Positions 1 through 64,000 of a stretch of DNA of 64,000 bases are shown here, piece by piece. Source of the DNA: Chrysomallon squamiferum (Eukaryota > Animalia > Mollusca); assembly GCA_012295275.1 (NCBI GenBank), contig CM022677.1, positions 21,080,001 to 21,144,000 of the forward strand, read 5' to 3'. The number at the start of each line of letters is the position of its first letter. The first letter of the stretch is position 1. The position numbers were made by a program, and so were the translations under genes. The notes under the pieces were generated by a model, which did not search any database, had not been told where the DNA came from, and worked only from the letters and a program-made list of their open reading frames with translations.

Positions 1-13
1 TATAATTATAATT

Positions 14-44
<31 letters not shown>

Positions 45-69
45 TTATTGTTATTATTTTTATTATTAG

Positions 70-7871
<7,802 letters not shown>

Positions 7872-8130
7872 AAAGATTCACAGATTTTGTTTTGCCTTTA
7901 TGATGCGTCTGACCATCTTCAGTATAAGGCTTGTTAAGTTCACACAAGTGACATTTAGCAGTGTGATTTAGAATTGGTTACTGGTTCATCTTTTAACTGA
8001 TCTATTTATTTTATATACCTTCTTTCTATTTCTTCCTTTCTTTATTTTTCTTTCTATTATTAAAGTTGTTTGTACATGAACTTACTTACATATTTTACAA
8101 ATTTTATTTATTTATTTATTTATTTATTAA

Positions 8131-8186
<56 letters not shown>

Positions 8187-8199
8187 CGCTGTAGTTGTT

Positions 8200-8660
8200 G
8201 TTGTTGTTAAAGAATTACTATTATATTATTATTATTGTTACTGCTACTGCTTCTACTACTATGCCTTTTCAGTATTATTATATTTTTGTTGTTAAAATAT
8301 GTCTTTCTTATAAATAATTATATTGTAATTCTTCATAATTAATAAAATAGAATTAAATTGAAATTGAAAAATGGATTCTTAAATGTATTTTTGTCTCCGT
8401 GGCACTGCTTACTGATGACGTAATACACATACAAGCGCATCACGTGTGTATATACATCTGTACACATGTACACATACATTACATGTTAATATATGATTGT
8501 ACATCTGTTATTAAAAATACGAATATATTTACACACGTACGTTTGTCTGTGAATCTCTCTGTATCTCAGTCAGTCCTTTTGTCTGCTTATCTATCTATCT
8601 GTCTATCTATCTATCATATATATCTATGTATATGTATGCATATATATCTGTATATAATCC
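8200..8660 (+). repeat. Dispersed intergenic element (CRE-like plus E-box), copy downstream of gene A
   Basis: ctccgtggcactgcttactgatgacgtaatacacatac..gcgcatcacgtg; near-identical copies at 25139 and 25649 and inverted at 2521. Confidence 0.75.
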
Positions 8661-8770
8661 ATGTATCTCTCTATCTCTCTATTATTATTATTATTATTTA
8701 ATGTTTTATTTATAAGTGTCCATAGTAATGTATTGAGTCTTCGATCGGACAACAGTGCTGAGACAGTCAA

Positions 8771-8839
<69 letters not shown>

Positions 8840-8974
8840 GTAAAGGACATATATAATAAATGTCAGTGTCTAGTAAGCGGTGTGGATCAAAAGTAAAGTG
8901 TCCAGCTCCAGTGAAACCTGATACTCTGCTGTCAGAAATGAAACAAAGAAACAAACTAAATTAAAATATAATAT

Positions 8975-9194
8975 GCATCCCAAGCCAGGCCTCAGCAACA
9001 ACTCATGACGTAAATTTGAAATTACGTAAGAAGAAAGGGCTGTTAATCATAGCGTACTAATATATTAACAGTTTAACAATACAGCATTTATATTTAAAAT
9101 ATTTTGTACACCCTTAATCTGACTGTATTTGATTTGATTAAAAAACTGAACAATGACCAAAATGTTTGATACAACGTTTGCACGATAAACACAG
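8975..9194 (+). promoter_or_regulatory. Putative promoter and non-coding first exon of gene B
   Basis: TGACGTAA 9006-9013, TTACGTAA 9022-9029, TATATTTAAA 9089-9098, then a conserved block ending in donor CACAG|GTTTGT (9194). The same order is seen upstream of gene C. Confidence 0.55.
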
Positions 9195-9456
9195 GTTTGT
9201 TTGTTTTGATATATTTGTTGTGTTTGTTTGTTTTACGTTATTTCTGTCACAAGAACTGATAATAAGGAAGAATTTTTTTTACAACATTTCGCAACAGCTG
9301 TAATTTGCTATCGCAAAAAGAAAAAGGAAACTAAAAATGTTTGGATTCAGTTATGAGATTCTTTTTTTCTCCATTTTTCATTTGCCGCTATTTTTATTTT
9401 GTTTTAACATAACAACTACAATACCAATGACAAACACAACAACAATAACAATAACT

Positions 9457-9525
<69 letters not shown>

Positions 9526-9914
9526 GGAACAAGAACCATAAAACGAACCTGAGGAGGGGATATTCACAGTGTAGCTGAAAGATAAAAAAAAAAAGAAGAA
9601 AAGAAAATGATAAGCTAAATAATGCCTTTTACTCTGTTACTGATACAGATTGAACTTACATAGGGAAGAACCAATATCAAGCTCGCTTTTTCTTAATTAT
9701 TACGATGATGACGACATGCTCATGCCTTTATCTATAACGTATATAAAATGATTATAATGGACATCAAATCAATACTGTTATTCGCAAAAGGGTATGAACT
9801 ATTTTCTTTCTGTGTGCTCTATTTAATTTGTCTTTTATTTCTAGATTACTGAAAAATCACATGATTTATTTACATGAGATAGAGACAGAGAAGAAGAAGA
9901 AGAAAAAACCCACA

Positions 9915-24589
<14,675 letters not shown>

Positions 24590-24862
24590 CAGATTTTGTT
24601 TTGCCTTTATGATGCCTCTGACCATCTTCAGTATAAGGCTTGTTAAGTTCACACCAGTGACATTTAGCAGTGTGATTTAGAACTAGTTCATCTTTTAACT
24701 GATATTTTTATTTGTATATACGTTACTTCGTTGGTTATTTTATTTATTTATTTTTTTTTTCTGTCTATTTCTTAAATTGTTTGTACGTGAATATACTTAG
24801 CTATTTTAAAAATTTATTTTTGTTATATTCAGTTATTTATTTTTTTATTTAATTAATTTATA

Positions 24863-24911
<49 letters not shown>

Positions 24912-24944
24912 GATGTTGTTGCTGCTGTTGTTGTTGTTGGTGGT

Positions 24945-25405
24945 GTTGTTACAGAATGACTGTTGTTTATATTATTATTGTTGTTGTTACTACTACTATT
25001 ACCTCTACTACTACTGTTTTTAGCATTGCTATCTTTTTTTATGTTAAAAAATAAATTTATATTGTAATTCTTTCAGTACTGAATAAAATAAAATTAAATT
25101 GAAACTGAAAAAAATGGATTCTTAAATATATGTTTTGTCTCCGTGCTACTGCTTACTGATGACGTAATACACATACACGCGCATCACGTGTATATATAAA
25201 TATGTACACATTTACGCATATGTTACACGTCAATATATGATTGTACATCTGTTATTAAATATACGAACATATTTACACACACGTACGTATGTCTGTGCAT
25301 CTCTCTGTATCTCAGTCCTTCTGTCTGCTTATCTGTCTATCTATCTATCTATCTATCTATCTATATGTATACATATCCATCTGTATCTGCATCCATGTCT
25401 CTCTC

Positions 25406-25491
<86 letters not shown>

Positions 25492-25800
25492 GTTACTGCT
25501 ACTGCTTCTACTACTACGGTTTTTCAGTATTATTATATTTTTGTTGTTAAAACAAGTCTTTCTTATAAATAATTATTTTGTCATTCTTCATAATTAATAA
25601 AATAGAATTAAACTGAAATTGAAAAATGGAATCTTAAATATATTTTTTCTCCGTGGCACTGCTTACTGATGACGTAATACACATACATGCGCATCACATG
25701 TATATATAAATATGGACACATTTACGCGTACATTACATGTCAATATATGATTGTACATCTGTTATTAAAGATACGAATATATTCACACACACGTACGTAT
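24945..25800 (+). repeat. Two tandem copies of the CRE/E-box dispersed element
   Basis: Core at 25139-25190 and 25649-25700 (second E-box reads CACATG); matches 8200-8660. Confidence 0.75.
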
Positions 25801-25801
25801 T

Positions 25802-25876
<75 letters not shown>

Positions 25877-25957
25877 TAGAGGTCTATCTTTAAGTGTACT
25901 TTGTAATGTATTGAATATTCAGTCGGATAAAAGGGTTGAGACAGAAACAGCGATAGG

Positions 25958-26028
<71 letters not shown>

Positions 26029-26059
26029 ATTTAGAGAGACTAAAGTGAGAGAAAAAAAT

Positions 26060-26332
26060 ATATATTTGCCGCCCATACCAGGCCCCAACACTAACTGATG
26101 ACATAAATATCAAATTACGTAAGAAAAAAAAGGCTGAAAATCATGGCGTTGTCAACTAATGAACTTCTAACAATACTGTAGTAATAATAATAAGCTCCTA
26201 TATTTAAACTATTCTTTACGCTCTATTTTGATTATATTTGATTAGATTACAAAACTCAACAATGACCAAATTGTTTGATATAACTAGTTTGCATGACAAG
26301 CACATGTTTTTTTTGTTTTAATCTTTCTTCTT

Positions 26333-26363
<31 letters not shown>

Positions 26364-26718
26364 TTATTATTATTATTATTATTATTATAATAAAATAAAT
26401 AAAATAAAATAAAATAAAATAAAATAAAATAAAATGAAATTAAACAACAGCAATAAAAACAGCTAGAGAGATGGAAAGAGATAAACAAAATTAAGAACTC
26501 ATTTTCTGTCAGTAAGTGATGACGTAGTATGGAATTACGTAAGAAAAAAAGAGAGATGTGACATGTTATTCATGGCATAGTGAAGTAATGCACTTTTAAT
26601 AATACTGTTCTCATCGTAATGGAACGCCACTATTTAAAATATTCTGCATACTCTTCATTTGATTTGAACAGAAAACTGAACAAAGTTTTTATAAATGGCG
26701 TTTGTATCACAAGCACAG
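26060..26718 (+). promoter_or_regulatory. Duplicated putative promoter and first exon of gene C
   Basis: Copy 1: TGACATAA 26099, TTACGTAA 26115, TATATTTAAA ~26198, donor degenerate (CACAT|GT). Copy 2: TGACGTAG 26520, TTACGTAA 26535, TATTTAAAA 26631, donor CACAG|GTTTGT 26718. Confidence 0.5.
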
Positions 26719-26850
26719 GTTTGTTTGTTTTAATCTATTTGTTGTTTATTTTATTTTATAATAGTAAGGAACAAAAATAATAGACATTCGGCAGCAACTG
26801 CAATTTGTTATCGGAAATAAGAAAATAATTATAATAATTACTATAACAAC

Positions 26851-26926
<76 letters not shown>

Positions 26927-27276
26927 TAAAGTAAAAAAAAAATGCAGATTCAGGATTTAGAGAAACTTTTTTTTTTCTGTTTTTATTTTTTCATTTTTTT
27001 TTTTTTTTTTTTTTTTTTTTATTTTTTTTTTATTTTGTTTTGTCATTATTAGTTTATTTCTTCTTTTTCGTCTTTTTTTTTCTTAAATAAAATTATGAAC
27101 TGTAACAGTAATTAAAATAAGAAAAAGAAGGACAAGAACAGCAACAATAGTAATAATATCCTGACCATTATCTTACAACAACATGAATTATTTTCTTTCT
27201 GTCTGACCCAAATATTTTATATTTTGTTTTTAGATGCGGAAAAACATTAAATGATATAATTTAACAGTAAAAACAG

Positions 27277-41653
<14,377 letters not shown>

Positions 41654-41975
41654 AAATGTCGATTCCTGTATATTAACAATACAGACAGAGCATAAAATTA
41701 GCTACGCATAGCTTAAATTATTAGAATATAATATAAAGCTATTTTGACATAGTATAAAGCTAGAGTAACATAATTATAGTTATTACGACATTAGCATAAA
41801 GTTATCTGGATAAATTATAATGCAAATCTAGATATAGTTTGAAGCTGTCTAGATAGTTTAAATTATTAGGACATATTATAAAAGAATTTAAATATGAAAA
41901 ATAAAGTATTTTAAAAAATGCAGAAGAAAGATAAATATTAAATAAAAATAAATGTAGAGTTTTGTATATATCTCT

Positions 41976-42039
<64 letters not shown>

Positions 42040-42447
42040 CTGAAAAACGAGTCAGGTGTTGATTGTTATCTTTTAATTGTTAAATTTCAGATAATATTTA
42101 TTTATTTATTTTATTTACTTACTTTGTTATTTATCTATTTATTTTGTTTCTTTTATTTGCTCTTTGAAATTAAAAGTATTTGCTCGTGTTTTTCTTTCTT
42201 GTTGTTTTGTTTTTATATATATATATATTTCTAACTTATTGTTGTTGCCGCTGTTAATAGTAGTAGTAGTAGAAGGAGGAGCAGCAACAGTATTTATTAT
42301 GATCAGCATCATCATCATTATTATTGTTATTATTATTATTGTTATTGTTATTATAGTGTTAATGAATAGGCGTATACTTAAAGGTAGTAACACATATATA
42401 CGTCTATATGTTTGTCTATGAATCATTCTGTCTGTTGTTATTTATTT

Positions 42448-42490
<43 letters not shown>

Positions 42491-42520
42491 TAGGAATACA
42501 CTCGAATGTAGTAGCTGAGG

Positions 42521-42602
<82 letters not shown>

Positions 42603-42629
42603 AAATTAGGAACTCGTTTAGTTCTTGAT

Positions 42630-42820
42630 TTGATTTCAACTGATTAGAAAACTGAACAAAAATTTTATGAATGGCGTTTGTATGACAAGCACAGGTTTGT
42701 TTGTTTTAATCAGTTTGTTGTTGTTTATTTTGTTTTATTTGTGCCTGACTAAATAGTAGTAAAGAAAAAAAATAGTTGAGACATTTGGCAGCGACTGCAA
42801 TTTGTTATCGCGAAGAAGAA

Positions 42821-42860
<40 letters not shown>

Positions 42861-44560
42861 GGATTTTTTATGTTCTTTGTTTCTTTTTGTTCTTTATTTT
42901 CAATAACATGATGCACTGTAACAGTAATTAAAAGAAAAAATAACAACAAGAAGAAAAAGAACAACAACAACAACAATATTTTAACCACTATCTCAAAGCA
43001 GCATTATTTTCTTTCAGTCTGATCCAAGTATTTCATATTTTATATTCAGATCCTGAAAAAAAAAAAAAAATGAACTGATTTAATTTAATGTTAAAAACGT
43101 TTAATGGATACCACCTTATTAATATTAAAAACGATTGTCTTAATTTACCGTGCAGCCTGTGTACAGTGCCCTTCACAATATCGCTGTCAAAGGTATTCGT
43201 TTATTAATGATGTTGCTTGTCCAGAATCACCCAGTTTCTTTCCCATTCTGTCCTACAGGACACAAGTGACAAAGACTATTCGACTTGATATACACCTCAG
43301 CCATCACAGACATTATCGAAATTAGATTTGCCATTCGAATCAACAATTACTATTCTTCAAGCCAAGTCGAAGTGTAACTCGTCCTTTGAAACTGAGGCGT
43401 TGATTAGATTGGCACATTCGATGGACTTTCTAAGTATTCAAAATGCTGGAATATATTTTAAAAACAGCATGACGTATCTGAAAGGAATTACGAAGCTGAA
43501 AAAGCTTGAACTGAGCAAGAACCAACAAGTGGACTGGGTGATGCACCAGAATTGTTTCACTGATCTAAACTTCATAATTCTGGCGATAATTGGCATGTAA
43601 AATGTAAAGGTAGTTTATATATATTACCATATTTCGCAGTAGTAATAGTAATAGTAGCAGCGATAACTGTAGCCTTATTATTACTATTATTATTTTAAAA
43701 AAATTGTTTACTCTTTCATTCCATATTCTGTTGAAACTTAATGAATATCCCGCAATGCAACAGAGGGAGTCCTAATTCCTTTAAGAGGTTAGTGTCCACC
43801 TTTCTTTTCTAAAAATCTGTTTTTTAAAATGAATCTAAAAAAAAAAAAAGAGTACCAATTTTAACTGAAGTTGGAAAACTACCTTTATTTATTTATTTAT
43901 TTATCTATGCATTTATTGTTAATCTGGCCTGTTTTGTCTTTCTCTACAGAAGAAAAAGCTGATAAGGCGGCATCAGGAAAAGGAAATGTCCGTTATATCC
44001 TAAAGTTTAAAAATGTCGATTCCTGTAAATTAACAATACAGACACAGCATAAAGTTAGCTACGAATAGTTTCAATTATTACAATATGATATAAAGCTATT
44101 TACACATACCATAAAGCTAGAGTAACATAGTCAAAATTAGAATGACATTAGTATAAAGTTATCTGGATAAATGTAAATCTACATATAGTTTGAAGTGGCC
44201 TAGATGCAGTTTAAATTATCAGGACATATTATGAAAGAATTTAAATATGAAAGAAGTATTTTAAAAAAGCAAAAGAAAGATAAACATTAAATAAAAAAAA
44301 AAATGTAGAGTTTGGTATCTGTCTGTCTGTCTATTTGTCTTTCTCTATATATACACACACGCACACACATACACACATCTGAATAAATAATCAGGTGTTT
44401 ATGGTTATCTTTTTAATTGTTAAATTTCAGATAATATTTATTTATTTACTTACTTTTTACTTAATTAATAAATTAATTAATTAATCATCTATTCATTTTG
44501 TACTCTTATTTTGGTCTTTGAAATTGAAAGTATTTGCTATTGTTTTTGTTTGTTGTTGCT
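42630..44560 (+). pseudogene. Relic gene D: internally deleted copy of a gene C-type locus
   Basis: First-exon block (donor 42694); LRR start 43104-~43590 with a frameshift and LRRNT Cys lost (QCPSQYRCQRY); then a decayed copy of linker 35885-929 (~43740-43790); then a copy of the gene C last exon and 3' flank (43890-44560 vs 41545-42210). Confidence 0.85.
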
Positions 44561-44689
44561 TTGTATAACACGTGCAGCTATATTTATAATAAGCCAATAA
44601 AATCAAAAAGTAATTTCTGATATAAATATGACAAACATCAATTCTTCTTTTTTAATTCCAAATGTTTTACTTTTCATTATATTGGCGTA

Positions 44690-45340
44690 ATACAACTCCC
44701 ATCACAGTTTCCATGGCATTAAAAAACGCCATACTTTTCACGGTAATATTATAAAATAATTTTACAGTTCTGAGGTTAACATTGCAAAAGAACAAACTGA
44801 GTGTCCAGGGTTGTATTATAAAACGTCATGTTTCCCAGACTGAACATCACATTTGTTTAAGGTAATATTATAAAACAGCATCACAGTTCTAAGGGTAACA
44901 TTATATAAAACAAAGCCAGTTTACATGGTAATATTAGTAAGAACAAATACAACACTTTTTCAAGATAATATAAAATAGCATAACAGTTTTCAGACACAAA
45001 CATGGTAGGTTCAAGGGTAATATTATAATAGAAGAGAACGCTTTTCAGGATAACATTTTAAAGAAACAATCATACTTTTCACATTTTTATTATTAAAAAC
45101 GTATCACAGATTTTCAGGGCAGTATTGATAAAAACAAATAACATTGTTTCATGTTGTGTTATAAAAGAACAAACATCACACTTTCAGGGTAATTATAAAA
45201 TATATCATATTTGTCATGGGTAAGTATAATGAAAGAACACACATCACAGTTCTTAAGAAATAAATTAAAAGAGCAAAGCTATCATTTCCTGGCTCATGTT
45301 ATAAAAGAACATCACACTTTCCAGCGTAATTATACATTAA
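44690..45340. repeat. Old degenerate ~55-60-bp tandem repeat
   Basis: Recurring catcacagtttc..gggtaatattataaaa motif. Confidence 0.55.
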
Positions 45341-47675
45341 ACAAAGTTCCTTTGAATAAAACTTGTATGTTTATGCTGTTCTTGAATCACTCACAGAAAC
45401 GATAGTGTAACTTCATACTCTTTTGTTTGCAGTCAAATAATGTCGTATTTACACTTGCTATATTTAAATACAGCTCTTACAAAGAATATTGAAGAAATAC
45501 CAATATTTATTTTAGGTATCATTTATTCCATATTATTTTTGTCAAAAATGAAAACACTGTCACAGATGAAGCAAAAAATTAAATATGTAAGTTTTTGACT
45601 AGAAATTATTTTTATAAAAATCATTATAGTCGTATGTCATACTGCGTACTAAAAGCTGCTAAAAATAATTCTACTTAAGTAAACAAAATTCTTCAGTGAA
45701 TTCTTTAAAAAAGCATTGAAATTGACTTCACTTCTTGTTATTTAAAGAAAAACGTTGAGATCATAACAGTTAAAACACATTATTATCAACAGAACAAAGT
45801 CTTCCACTGAGAATTTCATTTGACACGTTTTTATAATGAGCAAACACTGTGTTTTGTAATAGAAATAAATTTGCATGATATTGCTTTGACATAGTGAGAA
45901 ACAATATTTTAGACTAACCATTCTCGACATATGTCACATAGCTCCATGGGGACTGAAAATATGTAAAATATATGTTCTGTCTATCACTTCATGTAGTATC
46001 CTATTTATAACGGACTTTAGAACTCAGGAAGAAGCTTTTAGAATGGTCATGGCCAAAAGATGTATTAGAATGTTTAATATTGATCATTCCTATTTTCGCG
46101 AAGGATCTAGAGTTTTCTTTCCTTTGTTGTTCATCTTTCTTCTTTTTTTTTTTTTTCTTCCTTTCTGTCCTTTTCTAACACAGAATACCAACATTTTATC
46201 TTCTTCTTGAAAACAAAATTCGTTTTTGATGCATGATTCTAATGAATGATTATATCTCGGTAATTTATAGTAACACCTGGTTGATTCGTCAAAGAGATTT
46301 TCCAAAGGATTGAATATTTTCTGAAAGATCGTGATATTTGAGTAGCCTAACATCGCAAGATAAACAGAAGTCTTGACATGTAAATAGTCACCATGAAGAT
46401 GCAAGCTAAGACGACCGAAATTAGTGTTGTTGTAATTACCACTGTGTGGAACATCTTGACAATATCTACCTTCTGATGGCTAGAATCTCCAGCTTGACTT
46501 TTGTTTTAGAGAAAAATAGCATCACATCTTCAGAGTTCCTAGAGACTGGAAATACCTTCCATTATATTGGGCAACAGATGTTGTCTTTCTATACAATAAT
46601 CAACGGATTGCTGTCATAATCTGCTGAATGTGTATTGAAATGATTAGAATGCATCAGTGGTGTCTTCAGATTGAAATAGTTATGAAAGATCATTTGGATG
46701 AAGGCAATTATAAGTATTCGCCGATCAAACCACCATTCAGTCATGCTTTTGGTGAATACATACTCGGACCTTTGACCTTTAATCTGTAATCTCTCATCTC
46801 GATAGATTAGTATGTATCAAGTTCAGTGATGGCAACGAATACATACAGGATACGATGACCACGTTACAGATCAGTTCAATCTTGTTAACATATTGTTTGC
46901 TGATGCCAATAAATCGCTTTCAAGTTAGATGACTTTTTCTATAAAAATGTGTTTTATACTAATGTGTTCATGTTACAGTAGGAATTAAATCCTTCTGGAA
47001 TACCACAGCACAGACGTACTCGGTAGCGATGACTCGATTTATGCATCGCCTCGAATTTCTATTACACTGAAAAGTCCATAATAAAATGTTATTTTGAAAT
47101 ATCTTAATAGGCACTGTGTTTCCTCGTTGAAACAAATGTTGTCTTCTCATATAACAATTGATTTGAATTAATCAATATTACACTAATGACTATTCAACGG
47201 TGCAAATTATCTCGATGTACAAGTGTCCGTTAAAAAGACCAGTTCATTGGAGGTAACAATATTGACACAAAGACTGTTCACGGAAAGATGTTGTCCACTG
47301 AAGTAGTGAAGTAATCATAATTCACTCATAAAAGATTCCAGTGTCTACAATAAAAATCGTCTTCAGAAAAGTCACTGCATTCGTAGAAAAACTAATGACT
47401 TTCTAAAGTACTATCTAATTTATGATTGTCCTGATGCATCAATTGTTGATAAAAATTAACCAGTAACATACAGTTATATCTTGTGAATTATTGTATTGTA
47501 ATAGTCTGCACTGATAGATCGATCCTAGACACAAACGAACTACAACAGACAATAATATCCAGCGAAATCTCAACCGCTGATGGAAATCATCTTGAACAGA
47601 CAACAATATGTGAATTATGCAATCGTATTAATCTTCACTGACACAAGGACTCTTGATGGTGCACACAGTAAGTTC

Positions 47676-63700
<16,025 letters not shown>

Positions 63701-64000
63701 CTACAAACAAACAAACACATCAAGAAACAAACAAACAAACAAATAAATAAACAAATAAACAAATAAATAAACAAATAAACAAACAAACAAACAAATAAAT
63801 AAATAAAACAAATATAATAATAAATAATTAAATAAACATAATAATAAATAATTAAATAAATATAATAAATAAATAAATACTTACATAAATAAATAAATAA
63901 ATAAATATATAAATAAATAAATAAAATAAACATAAGAAATATAAGAAATATAAGAAATAAATAAATAAATAAATAAACGAACAAGAACAGATCAGCATTA

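Noticed and set aside
46090-47150. Short - strand ORFs (104 aa, 60 aa)
   Set aside because: No motifs or splice support; they lie in the probable 3'UTR or intergenic region

Overview
AT-rich, microsatellite-saturated animal genomic DNA with GT-AG introns. It looks cephalopod/Octopus-like, but that is an inference from composition only. Almost all ORFs in the supplied track are simple-repeat noise; the real content is a cluster of intron-containing genes for type I membrane proteins built from 192-nt, phase 1-1 thrombospondin type-1 (TSP1/TSR) exons. On the + strand are three tandem paralogs plus a deleted relic: gene A (5' end before the window, to 7871), gene B (~9120-24589), gene C (~26650-41653) and relic D (~42630-44070). 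Splicing B and C by hand gives: signal peptide - LRRNT - LRR array - LRRCT (one ~1.44-kb exon) / a 30-nt exon with a furin site (RRKR or RSKR followed by NAD) / 9 TSP1 exons separated by 12-45-nt linker microexons / TM exon / basic stop-transfer and a short tail with a G-x-x-N-x-[AG]-[FY] motif. A convergent - strand gene E (5' end beyond the window) has at least 15 TSP1 exons, a TM exon and a tail ending -SVI. Other features include tandem duplications at exon edges, a 46-bp minisatellite, conserved bZIP/E-box promoter-like motifs and homopolymer frameshifts in the LRR exons that may be sequencing errors. All gene models are manual, with no transcript evidence.
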